Below, piece after piece: positions 25,951 to 35,386 of a stretch of DNA of 64,000 nucleotides (its first letter is position 1; each line of letters begins with the position of its first letter). The stretch lies in NCBI GenBank assembly GCA_051881355.1, contig JBJEPS010000078.1, forward strand, positions 34,475 to 98,474. The letters run 5' to 3'. Made by a program: the position numbers and the translations under genes. The notes beneath the pieces were generated by a model. That model ran no database searches. It had not been told where the DNA came from and was given only the letters and a program-made list of their open reading frames with translations. The DNA is from Candidatus Fimenecus sp. (GTDB taxonomy: Bacteria > Bacillota > Clostridia > Oscillospirales > Acutalibacteraceae).

Positions 25951-26482
25951 TATGAAACAGAAAACCTATAAAATCGCCCTTTTGGGGCTGCTTGCGGCGA
26001 CGGCGATGGTGCTTTCGTATTTGGAAAGCTTACTGCCGACTGCATTTTTGCCACCCGGGGCAAAGCCGGGATTTTCCAACCTTGCCAATATGTTTGCCGC
26101 AGCCGCTTTGGGACTGCCGTCCGCACTCACGATTGCCATTTTAAAGGCATGCTTTGCAGGGCTGATGCGTGGTGGAACCTCGTTTTTTATGAGCCTTTGC
26201 GGCGGGGTCTTAAGTACCTTTGTGATGTGGATTCTCTTAAACAAAGGGAAAAAACTCGGCAGTGTCGGTATCGGCGTTTTAAGTGCTGTGAGCCATAATT
26301 TGGGACAGTTGGCGGTTGCCGCCGTGCTCGTCGGCAACGTGTCCGTATTCGGCTATGCGCCGGTTTTACTGTTGTGTGCGCTCATAGCCGGCACATTAAC
26401 CGGTCTTGTTTTTCGGGCAGTTTTGCCCGCTTTACAAAAGGCAACAAAAACATTTATAAAAAACCAAAACGGAAAGGAGTAA
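25931..26482 (+). CDS. Gx transporter family membrane protein (heptaprenyl diphosphate synthase component I-like)
   Basis: 183 aa with about five TM helices. TTG start at 25931 with GAGGAG 6 nt upstream. The alternative ATG at 25952 has no RBS. Confidence 0.75.
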   Translation: MTALPISMKQKTYKIALLGLLAATAMVLSYLESLLPTAFLPPGAKPGFSNLANMFAAAALGLPSALTIAILKACFAGLMRGGTSFFMSLCGGVLSTFVMWILLNKGKKLGSVGIGVLSAVSHNLGQLAVAAVLVGNVSVFGYAPVLLLCALIAGTLTGLVFRAVLPALQKATKTFIKNQNGKE

Positions 26483-26486
26483 CGCT

Positions 26487-27821
26487 ATGCACTCTGAAAT
26501 CATAAAGCCAAAGAAAAAAGTGCGCGGCGGTGTGGCGGTTTCGCATGAAAAGCATACCAAAGATATGCCCGTGAAGCGTCTGCCTGCACCCGAAACGGTC
26601 ACTTTGCCGATGCGCCAGCATATCGGGGCGCCCTGCACCCCGACGGTCAAGGTCGGCGATACCGTAAAAATCGGGCAGGTCGTAGGCGACAGTGACCAGT
26701 ATGTAAGCGCGCCCGTGCACGCAACGGTTTCGGGCAAGGTGACCGCAGTCAAGGAGGTTAAGCTCGCCTCGGGACTTGTTTCCCAAGCAGTCATTATCGA
26801 AAATGACGGGGAACTTACCGAAGCGGAATTTACCCCACCCAGCATTGATACCAAGGAGGACTTCGTGAAAGCCGTGCGCGCTTCGGGACTTGTGGGTCTC
26901 GGCGGTGCGGGATTCCCGACACACGTCAAACTCAATGTGCCCGCAGGCAAAACGGTGGATACTCTGATTATCAATGCGGCAGAATGTGAGCCGTACATCA
27001 CCGTGGACTACCGTGAATGTATCGACAATTCGTGGGATGTCTTTAACGGCGTGCATTTGTTAAAGGATATGCTCGGCGTCGAGCGCGTTGTGATTGCGGT
27101 GGAGGACAACAAGCCTGAAGCCATTAAAATCCTTACTCGTATTGCCGAAAAAGAGGACGAAGACGATAAAATCAAGGTTATGCCCTTAAAATCGAAATAT
27201 CCGCAGGGTGCCGAAAAAATGATGGTGCTTTCCGCCACGGGCAGAAAAGTGCCGCCGGGGGCGCTGCCTGCCGATGTCGGCTGTGTGGTGATGAACGTTG
27301 CCTCTGCCGCGTTTGTTTCGAGATACTGCAAAACCGGTAAGCCGCTGGTCAGCCGTTCTTTAACGGTGGACGGCTCGGCGATTGTCCAACCGCAGAATAT
27401 CCGCGTGCCGATTGGTACGGAAATTGACTACATTTTAAAAGCCTGCGGGGGCTTCCGCGAAGAACCTGAAAAAATCGTCTGCGGCGGTCCGATGATGGGG
27501 ATGGCGATTGTCGATACCCACCACCCGATTTTGAAAAGCAATAACGCATTGCTTGCCTTTACCAAAGACGACATGAGTCTGAAAACCGAAACGGATTGTA
27601 TTCGCTGCGGTCGCTGTGCCAAGGCGTGCCCGCTGTCGTTAATGCCGACGCTCATTCACCGGTTCGCCGTGGCGCGCGATGCGAAAAAGTTAGAGCATGC
27701 GGGCGCAATGGTTTGTATGGAGTGCGGCTCGTGTGCGTATTCCTGCCCGGCAGGGAAACCCTTGGTGCAATATATGCGCCATGCAAAAGCCGTTTTGAGA
27801 GAGGAGGCGCAGAAGAAATGA
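26487..27821 (+). CDS. rnfC: Rnf complex subunit C
   Basis: 444 aa with GLVGLGGAGFPTHVK and 2x[4Fe-4S] (CIRCGRCAKACP, CMECGSCAYSCP). Confidence 0.95.
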   Translation: MHSEIIKPKKKVRGGVAVSHEKHTKDMPVKRLPAPETVTLPMRQHIGAPCTPTVKVGDTVKIGQVVGDSDQYVSAPVHATVSGKVTAVKEVKLASGLVSQAVIIENDGELTEAEFTPPSIDTKEDFVKAVRASGLVGLGGAGFPTHVKLNVPAGKTVDTLIINAAECEPYITVDYRECIDNSWDVFNGVHLLKDMLGVERVVIAVEDNKPEAIKILTRIAEKEDEDDKIKVMPLKSKYPQGAEKMMVLSATGRKVPPGALPADVGCVVMNVASAAFVSRYCKTGKPLVSRSLTVDGSAIVQPQNIRVPIGTEIDYILKACGGFREEPEKIVCGGPMMGMAIVDTHHPILKSNNALLAFTKDDMSLKTETDCIRCGRCAKACPLSLMPTLIHRFAVARDAKKLEHAGAMVCMECGSCAYSCPAGKPLVQYMRHAKAVLREEAQKK

Positions 27822-28849
27822 GCGATACCACCATTCAAAAAATGCTGACGGTCAGCGCGTCGCCGCACAAGCGGACGGCGGATACTACCCGCGGCATTAT
27901 GCTCGATGTGATTATTGCGATGCTGCCCGCGCTGATTGTGTCCGTATTTTTGTTCGGACCGCGCACGCTGCTCATAACAGCGGTCAGTGTTATTTTCTGC
28001 GTGCTGTTTGAATATCTTTCCCGCAAGGCGATGAAACGTCCGAATACAATCGGCGATTTAAGCGCTGTGGTTACGGGTATGCTGCTGGCGTTCAATCTGC
28101 CCTCTACCATGCCTTTGTGGATGGTGATTATCGGCGATGCGGTGGCGATTATCGTTGTCAAACAGTTTTTCGGCGGTATCGGGCAGAACTTTGTAAATCC
28201 CGCATTGGTTGGGCGCATCGTGCTGATGGCGTCCTTCCCCGTGGCAATTTCGGATTACACCGAGCCTTTTGCCTGGAAAAACGGCACGGTGGATGCGGTT
28301 ACAAGTGCTACACCGCTGTCACAGTTTGCGGGGCTGTACGGTGCGGAAAATATGAAAAGTGCTATGAATGCAAGTGATTTGCCGACACTGTTCCAAATGT
28401 TCCTCGGCGTGCGCGGCGGTTGCTTGGGCGAAACCTGTGCGGCGGCATTGCTGTTGGGCTTTTTGTACTTGCTTGTACGCCGTGTCATTTCTCCCGCCAT
28501 TCCGCTGACCTACATAGGTACCGTGGCGGTGATTATGCTGATTGCAGGCAAAGGCAATCTGACCTTTGTCGCATACCAGTTGCTTGCAGGCGGGTTGTTG
28601 TTAGGTGCAATCTTTATGGCGACCGATTATACCACCTCACCCGTGAGCTTCAAAGGCAAAATCATATATGCCGTCGGATGCGGTGTGATTACGTCGCTCA
28701 TTCGAATTTTCGGTTCCTTGCCCGAGGGTGTTTCGTTCTCCATTATTCTGATGAATATTTTGGTACCGCATATTGAGCATCTGACTACACCCAAGCCGTT
28801 CGGAACCTTAAAGGAAAAGAAAAATACGAAAAAGGAGGCGGCACAATGA
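27818..28849 (+). CDS. rnfD: Rnf complex subunit D
   Basis: The ATG at 27818 overlaps the rnfC stop. Polytopic, with the flavinylation-type motif TSATPL. The ORF-track start at 27596 is an in-frame extension inside rnfC. Confidence 0.93.
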   Translation: MSDTTIQKMLTVSASPHKRTADTTRGIMLDVIIAMLPALIVSVFLFGPRTLLITAVSVIFCVLFEYLSRKAMKRPNTIGDLSAVVTGMLLAFNLPSTMPLWMVIIGDAVAIIVVKQFFGGIGQNFVNPALVGRIVLMASFPVAISDYTEPFAWKNGTVDAVTSATPLSQFAGLYGAENMKSAMNASDLPTLFQMFLGVRGGCLGETCAAALLLGFLYLLVRRVISPAIPLTYIGTVAVIMLIAGKGNLTFVAYQLLAGGLLLGAIFMATDYTTSPVSFKGKIIYAVGCGVITSLIRIFGSLPEGVSFSIILMNILVPHIEHLTTPKPFGTLKEKKNTKKEAAQ

Positions 28850-29418
28850 AAAAAGCAAAAGAAATCCTCATTCCTGCCGTTTCCCTGTTGCTCATCTGCG
28901 TGGTTGTCACGGCACTGTTGGGGATTACCAACAGCGTGACCGCCCCGCAAATCGAAAAGCTGGCGGTTGAAACACAAGAGGCGGCAAAAAAAGAGGTGCT
29001 GTCGACGGCGGTTTCTTTCTCGGAAGAAAAGCAAACGGAAAAAGACGGGGAAGCCTATCCGTATTATGAAGGACTTTCCGACAGCGGCGAAACGATTGGC
29101 TATGTGTTTCAAACTTCCGCCAAAGGCTATGGTGGCGACATTTCCGTGATGGTCGGTATCAATACCGACGGTACGGTCGCGGGCGTCAGCATTCTATCTA
29201 TCAGCGAAACCGCAGGCTTAGGTATGAATGCGAAAAACGAGAGCTTTTTAAATCAGTTTCTCGGAAAATCCGGTACGATAGGCGTGCAGAAAAACGGCGC
29301 GTCCGATACGGAAATTCAGGCGCTTACGGGCGCAACAATTACTTCGAAAGCCATGGCAAGCGCCGTCAATCAGGCGTTGGCGTTATACGAAACGGTAGGG
29401 GGTGCACAAAATGGCTGA
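28846..29418 (+). CDS. rnfG: Rnf complex subunit G (FMN-binding)
   Basis: 190 aa with an N-terminal anchor and the FMN attachment motif LTGATITS. Confidence 0.93.
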   Translation: MKKAKEILIPAVSLLLICVVVTALLGITNSVTAPQIEKLAVETQEAAKKEVLSTAVSFSEEKQTEKDGEAYPYYEGLSDSGETIGYVFQTSAKGYGGDISVMVGINTDGTVAGVSILSISETAGLGMNAKNESFLNQFLGKSGTIGVQKNGASDTEIQALTGATITSKAMASAVNQALALYETVGGAQNG

Positions 29419-30118
29419 GAAAAAATCCTTGGGGCAGGAGTTTACCAAAGGTATCTTAAAAGAAAACCCCGTCTTGCGGTTGGTGCTCGGCACATGCCCG
29501 ACGCTTGCCACCACCACTTCGCTCGAAAGCGCGATCGGTATGGGACTTTCAGCGGCGCTGGTTTTGGTTTGCTCGAATATCGTCATTTCGGCGCTTCGTA
29601 AGGTCATTCCGCAAAAGGTACGTATTCCCTGCTATATCGTGGTGATTGCGGGCTTTGTGACGATTGTGCAAATGCTTGTCAAAGCCTTTTTACCCTCGCT
29701 GGATGAACAGCTCGGCGTGTATTTGCCGCTGATCGTTGTCAACTGCATCATTTTGGGTCGCGCCGAAGCCTTTGCCGGCAAAAACGGCGTGCTGGCGTCG
29801 GCTTTGGACGGTCTCGGCATGGGCGTCGGCTTTACGGCGGCGTTGGTGATTATGGGCGGTGTGCGCGAATTACTCGGTGCGGGCACCCTGCTCGGATTCC
29901 AAGTGCTTCCCGAAAGTATTGCACCGATGACCATTTTCGTATTAGCACCCGGCGGCTTTTTCGTGTTCGGTATTTTGATGGCGTGCGCCAACAAATTGGC
30001 GGAGCGCAAGGGCAAACCGAAAGCCACGCTCGGCTGTGCGGGTTGTCCGATGTCGGAGAACTGTACGGTCGCTCAAAAAGCGGCGTGTGAGAAAGAAAAG
30101 GAGGAAATTACGAAATGA
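29411..30118 (+). CDS. rnfE: Rnf complex subunit E, with a Cys-rich C-terminal tail
   Basis: Conserved RnfE/NqrD-like helices (NPVLRLVLGTCPTLA, PLIVVNCIILGRAEAF). The tail reads LGCAGCPMSENCTVAQKAACEKEKEE. The ATG at 29411 overlaps the rnfG end. Confidence 0.9.
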   Translation: MAEKKSLGQEFTKGILKENPVLRLVLGTCPTLATTTSLESAIGMGLSAALVLVCSNIVISALRKVIPQKVRIPCYIVVIAGFVTIVQMLVKAFLPSLDEQLGVYLPLIVVNCIILGRAEAFAGKNGVLASALDGLGMGVGFTAALVIMGGVRELLGAGTLLGFQVLPESIAPMTIFVLAPGGFFVFGILMACANKLAERKGKPKATLGCAGCPMSENCTVAQKAACEKEKEEITK

Positions 30119-30702
30119 AAATCTTCCTTTCTATTTTGCTGACAGCAATTTTAACCAACAACTATATTCTTTCGAAATTCCTCGGTATCTGCCCGTTTTT
30201 GGGCGTTTCCAAAAAGCTGAATACCGCAGCCGGTATGAGCGCAGCAGTCATTTTTGTGATGCTGTTGGCAACTGCTGTGACCTATCCGCTCAATACCTTT
30301 TTGGAAAACCACAATCTCGGCTATTTGCAGACAATTGTCTTTATTCTCGTGATTGCGGCGCTTGTACAGCTGGTCGAAATCGTGCTGCGCAAATATATTC
30401 CTGCACTTTACAACGCACTTGGGATTTATTTGCCGCTGATTACCACCAACTGTGCAGTGCTCGGCGTAACCATCTTGAATATCGATAACGGCTATACCTT
30501 TTGGGAGTCCATGGTCAATTCCTTCGGTGCGGGCGTCGGCTTCCTGGTCGCTATGGTGATGTTTGCCGGTGTGCGCGAGCGGTTGGAATCCTGTAATGTG
30601 CCGAAATTTTTAGAGGGCTTGCCCATTACCTTGGTTGCGGCGAGCTTAGTGTCCCTTTCGTTCTTAGGCTTTACGGGTATGGTCGAAGGTATGTTCGCAT
30701 AA
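30115..30702 (+). CDS. rnfA: Rnf complex subunit A
   Basis: 195 aa with NNYILSKFLGICPFLGVS and LITTNCAVLG. Confidence 0.95.
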   Translation: MKIFLSILLTAILTNNYILSKFLGICPFLGVSKKLNTAAGMSAAVIFVMLLATAVTYPLNTFLENHNLGYLQTIVFILVIAALVQLVEIVLRKYIPALYNALGIYLPLITTNCAVLGVTILNIDNGYTFWESMVNSFGAGVGFLVAMVMFAGVRERLESCNVPKFLEGLPITLVAASLVSLSFLGFTGMVEGMFA

Positions 30703-30715
30703 AGGAGGCAAAGCG

Positions 30716-31531
30716 ATGAATTCTATTTTACTTGCGGTGCTGCTGGTCGGCGGCATCGGGCTTATCGCCGGCATCGGTTTAGCGGTTGCCTCTATTGTTA
30801 TGGCAGTGCCGAAGGACGAAACCGCCGAGGCGATTCGCGAAGTGTTACCGGGTGCGAACTGCGGTGCGTGCGGCTTTTCGGGCTGTGACGGCTATGCGGC
30901 GGCGCTTTCCAAAGGCGAAGCGAAAGAGACGAACCTCTGTGCGCCCGGCGGCAATGAAACCGCCAAAGCCGTGGCGGAAATTCTCGGCGTCAGTGCGGGC
31001 GATATCAAGCCGATGGCGGCATTGGTGCATTGCAACGGCGTGTGTGAAAATTCCAAGCAAAAGCTCCAGTACAGCGGCGTGCAAAGCTGTGTAATGGCGT
31101 CACAGCTGTTTGGTGGGCAAAAGGAATGTGTATACGGGTGCTTAGGCTACGGCGATTGTGTGAATGCGTGTCCGTATGACGCCATTCGCATTTGTGACGG
31201 TGTGGCGCGCGTGGACCCGCTTTTGTGCAAGGCGTGCAAAAAATGCGTTGCCACCTGCCCGAAACAGCTGATTGAGCTTGTACCGTTGTATGAGACAAAA
31301 GCGGCGGTACTTTGCAAAAACCATAATAAAGGTGCGTTCACGCGCAAAGAGTGCGCGGTCGGCTGTATCGGCTGTATGAAATGCCAAAAGGTGTGCGAGA
31401 GTGATGCAGTCAAAGTGACCAATAACACGGCGCATGTGGATTATGAAAAGTGCATCGGCTGCGGCAAATGCGCACAAGAGTGCCCCGTGGGCGCGATTCA
31501 TTTGCTTGCTTTGGGCAAAGCGGCAGAGTAA
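30716..31531 (+). CDS. rnfB: Rnf complex subunit B (polyferredoxin)
   Basis: N-terminal TM helix, CGACGFSGCDGYA, and several CxxCxxCxxxCP motifs. Confidence 0.93.
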   Translation: MNSILLAVLLVGGIGLIAGIGLAVASIVMAVPKDETAEAIREVLPGANCGACGFSGCDGYAAALSKGEAKETNLCAPGGNETAKAVAEILGVSAGDIKPMAALVHCNGVCENSKQKLQYSGVQSCVMASQLFGGQKECVYGCLGYGDCVNACPYDAIRICDGVARVDPLLCKACKKCVATCPKQLIELVPLYETKAAVLCKNHNKGAFTRKECAVGCIGCMKCQKVCESDAVKVTNNTAHVDYEKCIGCGKCAQECPVGAIHLLALGKAAE

Positions 31532-31548
31532 TTTCGTATATCAAGAAA

Positions 31549-31586
31549 GAGCCGCGGGCGGAAAATCGCCCGTGGCTCCTTTTGTG
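31549..31586. terminator. intrinsic terminator after rnfB, shared with the convergent tiny peptide gene
   Basis: 12-bp stem GAGCCGCGGGCG/CGCCCGTGGCTC with a 6-nt loop, followed by CTTTTGTGTG. Confidence 0.75.
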
Positions 31587-31593
31587 TGACCGA

Positions 31594-31743
31594 TTAGCAG
31601 CAGCCGCAGCCACAGTCACAATCTCTGTCACGATCACGGTCATGCCCGCAGCAGCAGCCGCAGCCAAAGCCGTTATCCGAAAGCAGGATAATGATAATGA
31701 CAAGAATCAGTAAGCTATTGTTACCGAACCCGCAGAAGTTCAT
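31594..31743 (-). CDS. tiny Cys/Gly-rich transmembrane peptide (49 aa), YjcZ-like
   Basis: MNFCGFGNNSLLILVIIIILLSDNGFGCGCCCGHDRDRDRDCDCGCGCC. AAGGAGGA RBS 6 nt upstream of the ATG at 31743. The 75-aa ORF-track version is a 5' extension. Confidence 0.7.
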   Translation of the reverse strand: MNFCGFGNNSLLILVIIIILLSDNGFGCGCCCGHDRDRDRDCDCGCGCC

Positions 31744-31863
31744 GATGCTCCTCCTTTCCCCTAAGGGGTCGAAAGCGTTTTGTCGGGTGTTCCCGCCGCT
31801 TTCATTCCATACTATGCACATAGATAATTTGTGTGCATATTTTTCGGGTACAGCGCATAGGCA

Positions 31864-31894
31864 AACGAAAAAACGCCCGCCGAACGGCGAGCGT
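31864..31894 (-). terminator. intrinsic terminator of rpmB
   Basis: Minus-strand hairpin ACGCTCGCC-gttc-GGCGGGCGT followed by TTTTTTCGTTT. Confidence 0.65.
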
Positions 31895-31917
31895 TAAATC
31901 TTTTCGGTTGTTTGCAA

Positions 31918-32106
31918 TTAAACCGCGCGGGTAACCTTGCCCGAGCGCAGGCAGCGTGTGCAAGCGTACACTCTTTTAGGAGAGCCGTTTACAATCGCTT
32001 TCACTCTTTTAACATTGGGCTTCCAAGTTCTGTTGGAGCGTCTGTGCGAGTGAGAAACTTTGATGCCGAACGCGACATCTTTACCGCAGAATTCACATTT
32101 AGCCAT
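31918..32106 (-). CDS. rpmB: 50S ribosomal protein L28
   Basis: MAKCEFCGKDVAFGIKVSHSHRRSNRTWKPNVKRVKA..., 62 aa. GGGAGG RBS. The ORF-track start at 32226 is an extension. Confidence 0.95.
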   Translation of the reverse strand: MAKCEFCGKDVAFGIKVSHSHRRSNRTWKPNVKRVKAIVNGSPKRVYACTRCLRSGKVTRAV

Positions 32107-32250
32107 TACGAGGCACCTCCCTTTGTTCAGTAACAGCCAATATATTAACAGAAACCGCAAGAAAAAGCAAGCGTTTTTTTTGAAATTTCCGAAAAATAGC
32201 GTGAAAATGTCCGTTTTTGCGGACACACGGTATAAAATCGAAAAAAACTA

Positions 32251-32279
32251 TTGCAATTTCTTTTCATTTATTATATAAT
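32251..32279 (+). promoter_or_regulatory. recA promoter
   Basis: TTGCAA, a 17-nt spacer, then TATAAT. Confidence 0.65.
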
Positions 32280-32288
32280 TCACTCAAA

Positions 32289-32302
32289 CGAACATTTGTA
32301 CG
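32289..32302. promoter_or_regulatory. LexA (Cheo) box at recA
   Basis: CGAACATTTGTACG lies 9 nt downstream of the -10. It fits CGAAC-N4-GTTCG with one mismatch. This is the canonical position for SOS control of recA. Confidence 0.7.
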
Positions 32303-32320
32303 ATTTGGAGGACGAAAACG

Positions 32321-33442
32321 ATGGCAGAGAAGAACAAAGCACTGGAAACCGCCTTAACCCAAATTGAGAAAAAATACGGCGCAGGCGCCATTATGCGCTT
32401 GGGCGAAAGTAAGGCGCTGAATGTGGAGGCGATTTCCACGGGTTCGCTTTCTTTGGATATTGCGACCGGTATCGGGGGACTGCCGAAGGGCAGAATTATT
32501 GAGATCTACGGACCGGAATCCTCCGGTAAAACCACGCTGGCTTTGCATGTAGTCGCCGAGGCACAAAAGGCGGGCGGTGACGCGGCATTTGTCGATGCCG
32601 AGCACGCGCTCGACCCTGTGTATGCCGAGCATTTGGGTGTAGATGTGGACTCTCTGCTGGTTTCTCAGCCCGACAACGGCGAACAAGCGCTCGAAATTGT
32701 CGAGGCGTTGGCGCGTTCGGGTGCCCTCGATGTCATTGTTGTGGACTCCGTTGCTGCGCTTGTGCCCCGTGCTGAAATTGACGGCGATATGGGCGACAGC
32801 CACGTAGGCTTACACGCGCGCTTAATGTCGCAGGCACTTCGTAAATTAACGGGCGTCATCTCCAAATCGAACACCGTGATTATTTTTATCAACCAGTTAC
32901 GTGAAAAGGTCGGTGTGGTCTATGGCAATCCCGAAGTCACCACCGGCGGCAGAGCGCTGAAATTTTATGCGACTATGCGCATTGATGTGCGCCGTGTGGA
33001 ATCGTTAAAGGGCACGGGTGGGGAGTTTATCGGCTCACGCACCAAGGTGAAAATCGTGAAAAATAAGGTTGCGCCGCCTTTTAAAACCGCAGAATTCGAT
33101 ATTATGTACGGCGAGGGCATTTCTCGCGTCGGCGAGGTGCTGGACGCCGCTGTAGAATTGGGCATTGTCAAAAAGAGCGGTGCATGGTTCTCGTACAACG
33201 GCGAGCGTTTAGGGCAGGGCAGGGACAATGTGAAAAATCTGTTCCGCACCGACGAAAAGCTTTGCGCCGAAATTGAAAAACAGGTGCGCGCACAAATGGC
33301 GAACAGCACGTCGGAAACGCCTGCAAAATCGGTAGAAAAGGCGGTTGACCCTGTCGACGAGCCGATTGCTTACAAACCGGTTGCCACGACCAAGGCGGCG
33401 GCGCGCGCTAAAATTGACGTGGCTGTGGATGACGACGAATGA
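32321..33442 (+). CDS. recA: recombinase RecA
   Basis: GPESSGKTT Walker A and canonical RecA sequence throughout. C-terminal low-complexity tail. Confidence 0.98.
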   Translation: MAEKNKALETALTQIEKKYGAGAIMRLGESKALNVEAISTGSLSLDIATGIGGLPKGRIIEIYGPESSGKTTLALHVVAEAQKAGGDAAFVDAEHALDPVYAEHLGVDVDSLLVSQPDNGEQALEIVEALARSGALDVIVVDSVAALVPRAEIDGDMGDSHVGLHARLMSQALRKLTGVISKSNTVIIFINQLREKVGVVYGNPEVTTGGRALKFYATMRIDVRRVESLKGTGGEFIGSRTKVKIVKNKVAPPFKTAEFDIMYGEGISRVGEVLDAAVELGIVKKSGAWFSYNGERLGQGRDNVKNLFRTDEKLCAEIEKQVRAQMANSTSETPAKSVEKAVDPVDEPIAYKPVATTKAAARAKIDVAVDDDE

Positions 33443-34065
33443 AATTGACCTACAAACCCGGAAAACTGCATAAAATGCATATTTTCATTGATGATGAATA
33501 CCGCTTAACGGTAGATGACGAATATTGGTTTTCCGAGAAATGGCACAATTTAAAAGAGATTGATGCACAGGAGCTGGCTGCTTTGGAAGAAGCGGTCAGC
33601 TTTCGTCGTGCTTATAACAACGCGCTCGATTTACTTTCGCGGCGTGACCACACCAAAAAAGAACTGTTGTGCAAGCTTTCGCAAAAATACCCGAAGGAAG
33701 CGTGCACAGCAGCGATAGAAAAGGCGGAGGCACTCGGATTGATTGATGAAACGCGCTTTGCCGAAAATTATGCGCGCGAATTATACGAGCGAAAAAACTT
33801 TGGCTTGCGGCGTATCCAAACGGAATTATTGCAAAAGGGAATTGACCGTGAAACCGCCGAAAATGCAATAGAAGGGCTTGACAAAGACGCAGAAAACCGT
33901 ATTATATTACTGTTGCGCGGAAAATACCGTGACGCGCTGTCAAGCGACGAAAAAGCCAAGCGCCGTGCCGTAAACGGGCTTATGCGTTTGGGCTACACGT
34001 ACGGGGAAATCCGCGACGCCTTGCGTGAATATGATATAGAAACAGAGGAGTATGACGATGCCTAA
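33439..34065 (+). CDS. recX: RecA regulator RecX
   Basis: 208 aa with helical repeats typical of RecX. The start overlaps the recA stop (ATGA). Confidence 0.8.
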   Translation: MKLTYKPGKLHKMHIFIDDEYRLTVDDEYWFSEKWHNLKEIDAQELAALEEAVSFRRAYNNALDLLSRRDHTKKELLCKLSQKYPKEACTAAIEKAEALGLIDETRFAENYARELYERKNFGLRRIQTELLQKGIDRETAENAIEGLDKDAENRIILLLRGKYRDALSSDEKAKRRAVNGLMRLGYTYGEIRDALREYDIETEEYDDA

Positions 34066-35386
34066 AAAAATCGGTATGATTTCGCTCGGGTGTCCCAAAA
34101 ATCAGGTGGACGCGGAGCTAATGCTTGCACGCCTTGCCGAAAACGGATATATCATCACCGATGAGGTGGACGGCGTAGATGCCGTGATTATCAATACCTG
34201 CGGGTTTATTGAGGATGCAAAAAAAGAAGCCATTGAGAATATATTGGATATGGCAGAGCTGAAAAAAGAGGGGATTATCGGCAAAATTATCGTGACCGGT
34301 TGCCTTGCCGAGCGCTACCGCGAAGAAATTTTAAAAGAAATTCCCGAAATTGATGCCGTGGTCGGTCTTGGTTCCAACGGTGACATTTGCGCGATTTGCG
34401 ACCGCGTTTTGGGCGGTGAATCGAATGTTGAAACCTTCGGGGACAAAACCTGCCTGCCGCTCTCAGGCGAACGGCTGTTGACAACGCCTGCATGGTTTGC
34501 CTATTTGAAAATTGCCGAGGGATGCTCCAACCATTGCACCTACTGCGCCATTCCGTCTATTCGCGGGGAATTTCGCAGCCGTCAGCCTGAAGATGTTTTG
34601 GCAGAGGCAAAAGATTTGGCGGCGCGCGGCGTGAAAGAATTGGTGGTCGTCGCGCAGGACACCACGCGCTACGGCGAGGATTTATACGGAAAATCCGCCC
34701 TGCCCGCGCTGTTAAAGGCACTCTCGAAAATCGAGGGCATCGAGTGGATTCGGGTGCTGTATTGCTACCCCGAACGCATCACCGACGAGCTTTTAGAGGT
34801 TGTTGCGTCCTGTGATAATATCGCAAAGTATTTTGATATTCCGATGCAGCACGCTGACAAGGGTGTTTTAAAGGCGATGAACCGCAAGGGCGACAAAGAA
34901 AGCTTACTTGCGCTCGTGCAAAAAATCCGCGCAAAAATTCCCGACGCGGTCATTCGCACCACGCTGATTACCGGCTTCCCCGGCGAAACGGAAGAAGCCT
35001 TCGAGACACTGTGTGATTTCGTGAAAGCGGCGCAGTTCGACCGTTTGGGTTGCTTTGCCTATTCGCCCGAAGAGGGCACGCCTGCCGCAACACTGCCCGA
35101 CCAAATCGACGAGGACGTGAAAAAAGAACGCGGCGAAGTGATTATGGAAATGCAGTACCGCATTTTTGAAGAACGCAACCGCGAAAATATCGGCAAAATT
35201 CTCAAAACCGTGGTCGAGGGGTACGACCCGTATACCGACAGCTATTTCGGCAGAACCTATCGCGACGCGCCCGAGATTGACGGACAGGTGAAATTTACCT
35301 GCGGCTATGAACTGCACGAAGGGGAGTTTGTAGAAGTCGAAATCTTTGATGTCTTAGACTATGATTTGATCGGAGAAGTTGTATGA
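34058..35386 (+). CDS. rimO: ribosomal protein S12 methylthiotransferase RimO
   Basis: ISLGCPKNQVDAE (UPF0004 domain), radical SAM CSNHCTYCAIP, and a C-terminal TRAM domain. The ATG at 34058 (GGAG 7 nt upstream) is preferred over 34052. Confidence 0.9.
   Translation: MPKKIGMISLGCPKNQVDAELMLARLAENGYIITDEVDGVDAVIINTCGFIEDAKKEAIENILDMAELKKEGIIGKIIVTGCLAERYREEILKEIPEIDAVVGLGSNGDICAICDRVLGGESNVETFGDKTCLPLSGERLLTTPAWFAYLKIAEGCSNHCTYCAIPSIRGEFRSRQPEDVLAEAKDLAARGVKELVVVAQDTTRYGEDLYGKSALPALLKALSKIEGIEWIRVLYCYPERITDELLEVVASCDNIAKYFDIPMQHADKGVLKAMNRKGDKESLLALVQKIRAKIPDAVIRTTLITGFPGETEEAFETLCDFVKAAQFDRLGCFAYSPEEGTPAATLPDQIDEDVKKERGEVIMEMQYRIFEERNRENIGKILKTVVEGYDPYTDSYFGRTYRDAPEIDGQVKFTCGYELHEGEFVEVEIFDVLDYDLIGEVV

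Noticed and set aside
26432-27056. Two overlapping ~190-200-aa ORFs antisense to rnfC, and the 417-aa version of rnfD starting at 27596
   Set aside because: These are antisense artefacts. The rnfD extension lies within rnfC, and the conserved RnfD sequence starts at MSDTTIQK (27818).
31410-31821. ORFs 31410..31703 (-), 31450..31713 (+) and the 75-aa form 31594..31821 (-) over the Cys-rich peptide locus
   Set aside because: These are alternative frames of the GC-rich GCn repeats. The 75-aa form is a 5' extension lacking an RBS. Only the 49-aa frame has a strong RBS.
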